Below, in pieces: positions 12,936 to 23,448 of a stretch of DNA of 64,000 nt. The stretch is from Xylographa opegraphella (lineage: Eukaryota), in the NCBI GenBank assembly GCA_022813865.1, contig JALDZX010000058.1, positions 1 to 64,000 on the forward strand, read 5' to 3'. A model generated the notes under the pieces. That model made no database searches. It had not been told where the DNA came from and worked only from the letters and a program-made list of their open reading frames with translations. A program made the translations under genes and the position numbers. Each line of letters opens with the position of its first letter. Within the stretch, counting starts at the first letter, position 1.

Positions 12936-13802
12936 CTAGCGTGGGATAGAATCAGCCAACAATGTACTTACGGAGGTAACGTTGAGTTCGTAATTCCTAC
13001 CTATAATGCACCATCCGAGGCTCGTTTTTCTGTGTTGGACGAATGCCAGCTTGTCAGCGACAGGAGCCCATGGTCTGATTTGATTGTGTTTCTCCAGAAG
13101 TTCGGTCAATGCCGGCCACGCGCTAATTTCCTCTCTCCGCTGTAGCAGCGTCCGCCCTTTTCGATCCACAATCGATACATCTGCGCCACGATCCAGTAAT
13201 AACTTGATTGCCTCCAGATGTTCTCCATCCACCGCATGGTGGAGAGGCGTGGCTAACAAATCCTCGCAGCCATATGTACGATCGTCCACCTCCGGCAACT
13301 CATTGATGTCAGCCCCCTTGTCCAGCAAGAAAGTCATTGTGATGAGATTGCCGGCACGGGCGGCCGTATGGAGAGCAAGAGTCTGTTTGATGACGGTGCC
13401 ATGCGCCAGCAGTATCTCTGTCATGGCAGGAGTGTCCGTGTCAACTAGAGCAGCAGCAGCGAGAGGAGATACTGTGCCAGCCCACGCCTTGCTTACGTCG
13501 TTCAGTTGATAGCCGGCGTCTAAGATGACTTCGACAACCTCCTTATGCTTTTGACGCACAGCATAGATCAACGCATCACCCAAGTAGTCATAATCGGTGT
13601 TTGGGTCAATGCCACCGTCCAGGAGAGCCTTCACCACCTTTCCAGAGCCGTTGGCAATAGCTGTATAGAGTAGGTTGTCGGTAAACTCACTATCTGTTCT
13701 TAGAGCTGCCTTGGCCTCCGGGAAGGTGTTCAGAATCCACGCGATAGTCTGAACATCGCCAGCGGCAGTTGCCGCCTCGAGAGCTTCCTGGTAGCTACCC
13801 AT
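12936..13802 (-). CDS. Ankyrin-repeat protein (about 5-6 repeats), apparently intronless, no signal peptide
   Basis: LLYTAIANGSGKVVKALLDGGIDPN, ALHTAARAGNLITMTFLLDKGADIN, TPLHHAVDGEHLEAIKLLLDRGADVS. Confidence 0.9.
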   Translation of the reverse strand: MGSYQEALEAATAAGDVQTIAWILNTFPEAKAALRTDSEFTDNLLYTAIANGSGKVVKALLDGGIDPNTDYDYLGDALIYAVRQKHKEVVEVILDAGYQLNDVSKAWAGTVSPLAAAALVDTDTPAMTEILLAHGTVIKQTLALHTAARAGNLITMTFLLDKGADINELPEVDDRTYGCEDLLATPLHHAVDGEHLEAIKLLLDRGADVSIVDRKGRTLLQRREEISAWPALTELLEKHNQIRPWAPVADKLAFVQHRKTSLGWCIIGRNYELNVTSVSTLLADSIPR

Positions 13803-14750
13803 GTTGAGTCAGGATATGATAGATATGTAAGTGCTAGTGGGAGATGTCTTATGGAATTGCTCGGAAGAGATTGTTATAATTTTGAAGACTGTAATGTAGT
13901 GCACGGAGCTGCGAGATAACATTCAGAAAGCGAGGTCAAGTAATGGCAAATGGCTTAGGTTTCACTTCTACTATGTTAATGTTGTCCTGCTATCCTGTAA
14001 TGGTATCTAAGGGATACCACGGGTCGGGAATCACGAGATCATTATTATAATCCGTTGCAATGCGATACTACGCCACCAACAGCCGACATTACGACATAAG
14101 CAGCTGAATCTCGATGTGATAAACGCATACAATACGAATGATCGTGTGGCCTGGGCCTGCAGTCAGCTTCGCTAGGGACTTGCATCAGGTACGACTCTAC
14201 AGGGTGCCCGGTCTGCAGAATACGAAAGTGTTCGTCTTGGATCCTCCAACCTTGGTGTAACGCGATTACCCAACTCTCTGCTTTTTCAGTCCTCGTTGCA
14301 CAGTGCCTGTAACTATTGCTCTTCGCTTCATTGTTCGCCCTTTGCCGCCAGTTGGAGAATATTGTGTTGCCGCACCCAAAAATTTGCAATATTGTGAATC
14401 AACTTGAAATTTTGTTTTGTTAGAACTGTTATGGTTGAAATGACGGCCCTTGCAACTCTGTGTATTATGGAATCTCCAACTCAGCTGAATATACGCCCAC
14501 CGGTTTCTATGAGATATAGCATTATCTTTTTTCTTATAAGACCGTGTCCTTCCTCAGAGATTTCAATTCTTCTTTGTCAAACGTACTACTCTAATTCTTC
14601 TCGGTTGGCCTACTCCAAGTTTCCTTGCTTTTGTCTCTGGTAGACTACTACACTTCTTCTGCTCGATTTTACCATACAATACCAAATAGTGACGAATCGA
14701 ATTTCACTTTTCCGCTCTGAACTCCTGCCAGTCAGAAATCAATTCTTATA

Positions 14751-15646
14751 ATGGTGTTTACTGTTAGCTTTCACAGGGTCCTCGTCCTCCTCGCAGTGAC
14801 CCTTTCAATCAATCTCCATCAACTTCAAGTTTCAGCGGAACCATTACGTTACGATCTCCACAGACGTCATTTTGTACCGACTGCTGCGCAATGTGCCAGT
14901 CATATCACCCTCCTCACAAACACTGCGCTCTTCTGGTCCGGAACTGGAAAACATGCCAAGTTTGCACGCGGAAATGGCCTGTACAACATGGACAAGGCCT
15001 ACGGTGAATGGATCAACCCTACTAACAAGAACAGTCCCTTAGGAACCACGGCTGCTCTGGACCGCATCGTCGAACAACCTATCTGGGACGCGCTGTCCCT
15101 CGCCATGGCGGTGGCCGCAAAAGGTACCGTCTATGTGATGAAGGGGCCCAACGCCGAAGCCAAGACGGCCTCGACCTGGAACCGCGTTGAGTTCCCGGCT
15201 CTGAAAGCTAACCACGCCGTCACGTCCATTGTCGGACTTCCAAATTGACAGACGGCAAGGTCATCTGGCCAGTTTCCAGAACTTCGCCTGTATCAGCAAC
15301 AGGATCACCAACGCCAACGCCAATGAGCTCGCCGCCAGGATCCCCTAAAAGCTCGCCAAAGAGTTTACCCAAAGCTTTGCCAATAGAGACGTCCTCTTCA
15401 CCTCCTGCATCGCCCAAAGCTTTGAAGAGCAAGACTCTTCACCGCCGTTACCTGCTCCAACCTGTCCGTATCTTGCAAGATTACTACTGTGGATCTCTGT
15501 GGGCAGATGATGGATTTAATCGTATAATGGCAAGATCACTTGCAGCCAGCACCCCGCAACTCGAGACTAGATATTTAGATCAACGACACGCAAGAAATTT
15601 TGAGCGTTTGGTTTACTCTAAAGTACTCGAGCATGAAGCTATATAG
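14751..15646 (+). CDS. Secreted ADP-ribosyl cyclase/CD38-like (Tox-ARC-like) putative NAD+ glycohydrolase; reading frame broken by -1 at about 15245
   Basis: Hydrophobic signal peptide and pro-region ending LHRR. Motifs ALFWSG, IWDALSLAMAVAAKGTVYVM and STWNRVEFPAL resemble CD38 LLWS, [20 protein letters not shown] and STFGSVE. Frame 14751-15248 stops; the overlapping frame 15245-15646 continues with a S/P/K linker and a second LHRR. Confidence 0.7.
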
Positions 15647-16657
15647 CGATATTCACCATTTGTCTTTGCGGGTCACACTATAGAGTTTTTCTCTTTCAAG
15701 GCTCGTTTCGCGTTTCCAATTTGAATTTTTCGGCCCAATCCAAATCCCTATTTCATGCTGGTTGGTTTCCAGCACTTACGCTTATCTCGGCTCGTACAGC
15801 TTCATACACTAAGTTCCATGTCACTTGAACAATCAGTTAATTCACGATTCGCTTTTCGCAGCCTCTCGTAGGGTCATTTGCTCAGTGTTGTTGTTATCAT
15901 AGTCTTCAATCTGACCCCTTTGCCGTGGAAACACCGACTCGACGATAAATAAGTTTGACCTTCGGACTGAATAGCAAATGACTAGGCTCGAGTTTTGTAT
16001 AAGAAGAATCAGGACCTTTTAAGACATACGCATAAGATAATAATCCAGAAACTTGAAGCACTATACATAATATTAAGGAATGTGACTATTTGGTTATAGA
16101 AAGTAGAGGCAGTGATTTCCATTCATGTAAAAGGCCCATAAATCATACCGCAAGTCCTAACGTCTCGGGCCTTAAAAGTTGAAACCTCTTACGATACAGC
16201 GGATTTGACTTCTCGGAGTTCGTAAGGTGAGCATATATCTCAGGCATTAAATACTTCTTGATGCTATCGAATAATTGTTATAGTTGATGTGGCTGAGCCA
16301 GGCGATAGCACAAGCGGCGGTTACCTGGAATCTAAACTACTCGCATAAACTAAACGCGCGGCTTCAAAAAAGGTATTCCCTACTTGTCGCAGGCTGAGCC
16401 GCTAACGGCTCGCCTAATCACATTAGTAAGCGACCTGCCCGATTCGGTGCGGAGCATTACGGAGGTTCGGGTACCGAAAAGGGGCTTCCGCCCGCCCGGA
16501 CAGGTATTTACAAAATCATCACGTTCCTTACACACTGTATTACCCTGCATTGTGACACTACTGGTCTAACTGATATCTTGGCATCGAATTTCGGCATGCT
16601 AGCCTCAGGAGCCCTATCACAATATGGCATGAACCACTGTCACATTTCATCGCAGCC

Positions 16658-18149
16658 ATGCGTCGCGCATTTCGGGGAGCTGCGGAAGCTGCATCTGTTC
16701 CTCTCCAGCCGTTGAGATGTATGATCCAGCCGCATGGATTATCTTGGGGAAGGAGATCAATCCAGATTTCCCCAACCCCCTCAGGCGCGTCTCCCTCGAT
16801 ACAAGACTTCACTTCGGAGTCATTGGCAATACTGGATACTGAGTCGCCAGGTAAGTGCTTAAGTCAACCAGAAAGCTGCGTGCTAATTGTGCTTCAGATG
16901 CGAAGTTCGAAGTCCTCGGCGTTCCATACTCCCTTCTCTCCGCTACATTGTCCGCCTCACAAAACCTTTATACCAGACGCGGAACTTTGGTGGGCGTTAG
17001 TGGAAAGTCCGAGAACGTAATGATGTCTTGAATTCACGGTATTTGGGCATGCTAAAGAACTATAGGCAATTTCTACACTCTCAATCTTAGAACCCTTTCG
17101 CCGAGTTGTCCTAGGGATCCCCTTTTTTTACCAAAAGGTATGAGCGCAAAATCTACACAAGAGAATGATCACTGACAACATCTAGATTTCATCTACAACA
17201 CCCCTTACAGCACTAATATCTACGAAATCCCCAATCACATCTTTCACGGTAATACATCTGGATGGCACTCTCGATTGGATGATTGCTCAGCGACAGGCCT
17301 TGCTTGCATGGACTGGACAAACTTTGTCAATTAGCCCTGTTGTTAATAGACAAATGGTTCGTGAGGTTACAAGAGCACTGCAACAACACCAACTGACTAA
17401 CGAAGAGTCTAGCGCATTGGGGCAATTCCCAAGTCACCGGAAGGGGTCTACTAGCAGTTGTTGGTAAAGGCCAGATTTATCAGATCGTGCTCAAGCCAGG
17501 AGAGGAATACGTTGCTCATCCAAGGTACAATGCGGCACACGCTTTGTAAACCTGCTCCTATGCTGAAGACAAGCAGCAATGTAGTAGCCTATACTCTTAC
17601 GCAGAATCCACCATTACCGTATCGGTTGAAAGCTTCAGTACTCAGACTGCAGATACCTGGTCTTAGCTTCGGAAGTCTACTACCAGACACCAAGTTCTTC
17701 AGAGTGATGAGGGAATCCACGAGCTGGAGGGCCTTAAAGAGCTTTCTCTACACACTTCGGACTTGGTCAAGAAGGACAATATGGGGGGATCGTGTATGTT
17801 TTCGCAGATATGACGAGGTTCCCTTACTAAATTGCTGTTGTAGCTCTTTCTACAATTTCATGGACCTATGACAATACTAATTCAGTCACGCGCATCACGG
17901 CTGAGCGATGTCTTGACAAGTCGAGATGTGAATGAGATAGCCGAAACCCAAGCTGGAGTTGCACAACAAGCAGTGACTTTGACATCGAGTAAGGTTGCAA
18001 GGGAGAAGTCAGGAGAGAGGACATTGGGCGGACTGAACGACCCGAAGTCCACTCAGGATACGCCAACAGGTCTTAGTGTGGCAAGGATTGGGCAGGATGG
18101 TAAGGTTAGATTTGAACGGACAGCCGATTTCAGCGCCTTGTCAAGGTAG
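16658..18149 (+). CDS. AIM24: Mitochondrial AIM24-family protein, multi-exon
   Basis: Arg-rich presequence, then spliced [96 protein letters not shown]. Confidence 0.88.
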
Positions 18150-18355
18150 TCTAACGACAGCTATTACCAGCGGCAATCTGGATCCTTGTGATCAATCACC
18201 CAAGACACGAATGGCGAGATCATTTAATCATGTAGATTATTTACATATTCTTGCCCGAAGAGTGATGATTGGTACACTACCGTCCTTAAAAGCAGCGACA
18301 CATATACAATGGCAAGCATATCCTGTGAACTGTGGATAGAGATCTCGTCCTTCGT

Positions 18356-19390
18356 CTATCCGGCTTCACCGAAGTCATAATGCCCTGTCTTACTTGCATG
18401 TTCCGTCGCCCCTTTTTCCCCGGTAAACACACCTCTACAGATATTGCACCTCACACTAAACCCTGCTGTGTCCGTAAAATAATGTTGTCCCTGCAGCACT
18501 TTACACAATTCGACCGCCTTCTCCAGCACCCCATCATCCGACGCCTCAAAGACCTTCGTGTCAAATTCTGGCGGTGCAAATGCATGCTCATATGGTGGAT
18601 CACTCGGCGACAGCGCGATTGTATCATAGTGGATGCCCGAGTACACAAGAATACACCGTGAAGGTCTTCCCTCGTTGAAGCGGTCCACCCGTAGAGTCTG
18701 CACGTCTATCGAGCAGATCTCGATGTCGAAATGCCGGCTTAAGACATCGAGCTCGATAGCGCCGCCCCAGGCATCACTAGTCTGGATCCACCGGCAATAG
18801 TCGGCGGGATCCTTTTCGAGAACGACGGCGAGATAGGCGTCCGGTTGGGCTTGGATGGTCTGCGCGATGATGGACCTCAACTCTTGCATGTTGTCCATGG
18901 CGCCGAAGAAAGCCGAGTTGAAAGCCCGGAAAAGGCAAGAGTTGTCATCGGGCATGATGCGTAATATCAGTGTGCCAGCGTGGGTCGGAAGAGGGAGCTC
19001 AGGGGCGTCGGTTGGCGGTGGCTTGCGGGTCAGTGAAAGGGGACCTTTAGGAGCCATAGCTTCTCTAGTCAATGACGAGATTTTTTGCTTTTTCTCTTTC
19101 GTCTGAGGAAGTTCTGCTTGAATTTTTGAATCAGAGGAGTCGATTGCAGTTGCTCCAGCTTTCTTGCTCACTATGAGCTGCTCGCCGTTGAGGTTGATGC
19201 TAATGTCAGAGAGTTTGGAGGACCTTGCGTACTCCTCCAGAGGTAAAGGTTGGGGCGGATAGCCATACTTGATATCGCAGTTACTGATCGACGTCGCTTC
19301 TGATATTTGGGTCTGAAGGTCTGCCACGCTTGCATCATCCGGTACATTGATGACGGTCTGACCATTCGGACCTCTGACCCTGATCCTCAT
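18356..19390 (-). CDS. OTU1: Ubiquitin thioesterase OTU1/YOD1 (UBX-like, OTU and C2H2 domains)
   Basis: MRIRVRGPNG...IKYGYPP; catalytic MPDDNSCLF; WGGAIEL; YSGIHYD; C-terminal CNIC...HASKTGH zinc finger; single exon. Confidence 0.96.
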   Translation of the reverse strand: MRIRVRGPNGQTVINVPDDASVADLQTQISEATSISNCDIKYGYPPQPLPLEEYARSSKLSDISINLNGEQLIVSKKAGATAIDSSDSKIQAELPQTKEKKQKISSLTREAMAPKGPLSLTRKPPPTDAPELPLPTHAGTLILRIMPDDNSCLFRAFNSAFFGAMDNMQELRSIIAQTIQAQPDAYLAVVLEKDPADYCRWIQTSDAWGGAIELDVLSRHFDIEICSIDVQTLRVDRFNEGRPSRCILVYSGIHYDTIALSPSDPPYEHAFAPPEFDTKVFEASDDGVLEKAVELCKVLQGQHYFTDTAGFSVRCNICRGVFTGEKGATEHASKTGHYDFGEAG

Positions 19391-19945
19391 TACAGTGACA
19401 AACTTTGGAAACCCGAAACAGCCTCTTTAGGTAAGTACTGCTAACAAATAAGTTAACAAGAGCGGACCGTCACTAATGGTATGTTTCGTGGATGGCGTAA
19501 TCAAAGCTTGTAAAGCACTGTTTACAGGAATGACTTAAATACAGCACATAAAGCCCACGTATACAGCTTGATGAGTGACTCTGTTCACAGGTCTGTTTTG
19601 CAGCAAGTAAACTTTTCGTGAAACTATTGGCATATCACAGAGTACCAGGTTGATGCATGACAAGTACAGACTAATTCAATATCAAAATGTGGCGTGTGGC
19701 TTCTAGTCTTTAGATCCCGCCACAGTAATAGCCGCCCGCTTAGGATCGGCATTGCGAAGATGGAAGCGCATCTTATGGCGCTAAAGCGCACGGATCAGCA
19801 TGGTACGCGACAATCTAGTTCTGGATTCCAGTTCTAACTGATCGAACCTTAGAAAAGCGCGTCGAAGGCTGGCGCAGCCTCGTTTCTCTCAGCTCCCTTT
19901 ATGTGCGTATAGAGTGTGGAGTGGTAGAGCTAGCTCCTGCCCGGA

Positions 19946-22741
19946 ATGGCGACACCAGTGGAGGAGACTGGGCCTGGTACGCCTGTTATAGAGTCTACGG
20001 AAAGTGACGCGGTCCAAGTGAAAGCAGAGTATCCTCTTATGAGCGATGACCAATGGCGGGCTATGAGGACGGTCATCGAATTTGTGGTCAACTTCAAAGA
20101 TTCAGAGTGGGTTCTTCTCCTTGAGCTGTCGTTGAACACTTCTGAACTGAAAGCAGCGGCCATGACCCTTCGAAGATTTTTCACAAAAAGGTTAACAAGC
20201 GATCTCTACCTGACTACTACGAGGTTATTAAGGAGCCAATTGCGCTTAGTACCCTCAAGGCGAAGTTGCTCAATCGGGAGTACAAGGACTTTGCGGAGTA
20301 TGTACGAGACTGGGCGCTGATTGTTCACAACGCTCAAACATATAATCGGCCAGATGCTGGGGCCTACGTTGATGCGTTAGCTATCAAAGGCTTGGTCGAG
20401 GCCGAGCTTAAGAAACTTGTCGATAAAAACATCATTACGCCTGAGATAGCGAGTTGGCCCGACCTTGGTGAACTCCCGCCAGTGGAAGCAATTCCTGTGG
20501 AGGAGGAAGAGGATGATGAGGATGATGATGACGAAGACGACGAAGACGATGATGTTGAAGACTCTGAAGACGATGGTGGGAAAAGGAAGCGAAAACGGGG
20601 ACGACGATCGAGCGCTGCAATCACAAAACGCGAAGGAATCAAGGATGAAGGCGGACAGAAAGTTAGTGACTTGGGATTGAAGAAGAAAAGAGGGCGACCT
20701 CCTAAGGTGGACACGCCTATGGAAGCGAGAATCAAGAACGTCCTGAAGGCTATCAGAAAACCAAAGAACGAAAACGGGCAGATCATGATACACCACTTTG
20801 AAAAGCTGCCCGATAAAGCTACTATGCCCGAGTACTACACTGAGATTAAAGAGCCCATTGCGATCGAGTTGATCAAGAGAAAGCAGAAACGGAAGAAGTA
20901 TCAATCGGTCGATCATTTCTTGAGAGACATCGATACAATGTTCAACAATGCGAAGTCATATAATCAGGACGAAAGCCAAATCTACAAAGACGCGCTCTAT
21001 CTTCAGAGTGAAGCTCACAAATATGCGGAGGAACAAAAAAAACGACCGGACAGCGATTTCGTAATGGAGGAGGGGCGGATACCCCTACCTAATGGCATTT
21101 TACATAACAATGAGCTCTGGCAGGTTGGAGACTGGGTACATTTGCAGAATGCAAATGATGTTACGAAGCCAATCGTTGCCCAAATATACAGGACCTGGCA
21201 GGACACTGAGGGGCAGAAGTGGATCAACGCATGTTGGTATTACAGACCTGAACAGACAGTGCATCAGTACGAGAAACACTTCTTTCCAGTTGAAGTTGTC
21301 AAGACTGGACAGTACCGAGACCACCACATCGACGAAATTATCGATCGATGTTTTGTCATGTTTTTCACTCGATACAGTAGAGGTCGCCCGAAAGGTATTC
21401 CAGCTGATAGAGAGGTTTATGTTTGCGAGGCACGGTACAACGAAGAGAAGCACAAGCTGAACAAGATCAAAACATGGGCCAGTTGCTTGCCCGATGAAGT
21501 CCGGGAGAAAGATTACGAGATGGACCTGTTTGACAGTCTGCGGAAGGTTAAAAAGGTGCCCAGCCCTCTCTTACATATGCTCAAGGAAGATGCCAAAGAG
21601 ACAGACGAAATTCCAAAACCGCGATGGGGTGCGGAAAATGCACCGCCTATTGTTGGCGGTATCTACAAAGGTCCGCGAGATGAGAATGTAAGTAACTCGA
21701 TTTGCAGCACTAACCCTGCTTTTCTGACACTGACCACAGCAATCGCCACCACCTGAACCTACTCCAACTCCTCCACCTCAACCACCTCCCGCACCTGTGC
21801 GACAAATTTCAAACATGTCCAATCATAACGATTCTAGCTATCGTAGGAACAGCGACCTTAACATTGCTATGGAAGATGCAGGTCGCGCTTTTGGCTCTAC
21901 GTCAACACCGGTTGCCAACAATCATGCGCCAATCTCTTACAATCAATCACAAAGCACACAGCAGTACCACCAACAATCTGTTTCTCCAGCACCTATTCAG
22001 TACCATCAACATGGTCAACAGTCCGCTTCCTACACATCTCAACATCATGGCAGCGCTTTCGCGCCACCCCAGACACCATCACACCTGGGTCATTATACTA
22101 CACCTCAAGATCGCTATGGTCAGCAAAATGTGTCAAACCGTGGTCAGAACCTACCGGGCACAAATCCTGTGGCACAACGGCCGGTGGAAGTGTACAACCT
22201 AAGCGACTCCGCCAATGCTGCGATCCCCGACGACATTCGCGAGCAATTTCAGCGTGATGAACAAGGCCATGTCCTGTTCTTCACTACTCCACCTCTCGAT
22301 GTGCTTCCACCGATCAAGAAAGGTGAAGCATTGGGACATACTGTGAAATACATTGCGGCAAAGTTGAGGCGGAATCATGAAATGAAAATGAAGAGAAAGG
22401 CGGAGGAAGCTGAGAGGGAGCTCGACGAAGTGGAATGTAAGAAGCGGAAGCTCCAAGAAGGTGTTCGTATAGCTGAAGATCTTGAGAGCTTGGAGACGAA
22501 AGCTTTGAAAGCATTTATTAGGCAGATGGATGAAGGAACGGACTTGATATACAAGCGTGATTATGGGAATCGCTGGCAGGAGGTCAAGATGTTTGATACC
22601 CAGAGGCTAAAGAAAGCTCAAGAAGAGACGCAGGAGCTAAAGCTCCTCTTGGAAGAGAATGAAAGGAAGAGGGCCCAGGCTGAGACGGTTTCTCTCAGCA
22701 GCAACGGACCGTTTCTGGATGACATTGATCCCAGATATTGA
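19946..22741 (+). CDS. RSC1: RSC chromatin-remodelling subunit (two bromodomains, AT-hook, BAH domain), Rsc1/Rsc2-like
   Basis: Bromodomains (PDYYEVIKEPIAL...NAQTYN; PEYYTEIKEPIAI...NAKSYN), AT-hook KKRGRPPK, BAH domain (VGDWVHLQNANDVTKPIVAQIYRTW...ACWYYRPEQTVH); two introns. Confidence 0.92.
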
Positions 22742-23448
22742 GGCTGCACATCGTCCTTCGTACTTGCTTAGGATGGTGTTCGTATGGTCTCACTTCTGGG
22801 GGCTCACCCAAAGGTATCGGCTTTCTTGGGGACTATGTTGCCTAGGGACCGGCGGTGGCTGTCCAAGGCACAATGCTCCAATTATTCGGTAGATGATGTA
22901 CGATACGTTGGTTGGTACGATATGTTCAGAAAGGCGTTCTGACAGTCCAATCAGAGATACCCAAAGTATCTGACAAGGAAATGTTTCAAATGATCACGGC
23001 CTATCGTTTATTCCTGATGCTTGTAAATTTGGAAAGTGATCCTTCCGTGGATGGACATTACCATAACTGAGCTATCAGATCGGTGAGCGATTCGCGCTGG
23101 TGCAATTGGTTCGAAATGATGCTTCCCAACCCCACTACTTAGGTGATTGTGAATCCTGTTACCACAATGCTGCTTCGCGACTTGCTTGCGTGGAGCATTT
23201 GCGGGGGTTTGGCAAGTAGGCACTACGATATCCTTGCAAATTCCGAACACGTAAGGACGAATCCTTCAGTGATATTGCCCGATTCAGATGTCTCGCATAT
23301 ATTGTATTGGAAGCCTAGATGTTACCCATTTCTTTTCTCCACTGTTCTCCAAAGAAAGCGTCAAAATTAATTGGTGCACGCCTATCAATTTCCTTTTAGT
23401 TGAGGAGGATTATATGAAGTCCAATATTCCCTGCCAGCACTGTTGATC

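Noticed and set aside
16396..16411. Hairpin GAGCCG-CTAA-CGGCTC as an element end or ncRNA flanking the ankyrin/ARC cassette
   Set aside because: Only a 6-bp stem; no matching terminal repeat or target-site duplication was found at the ATM1 side.
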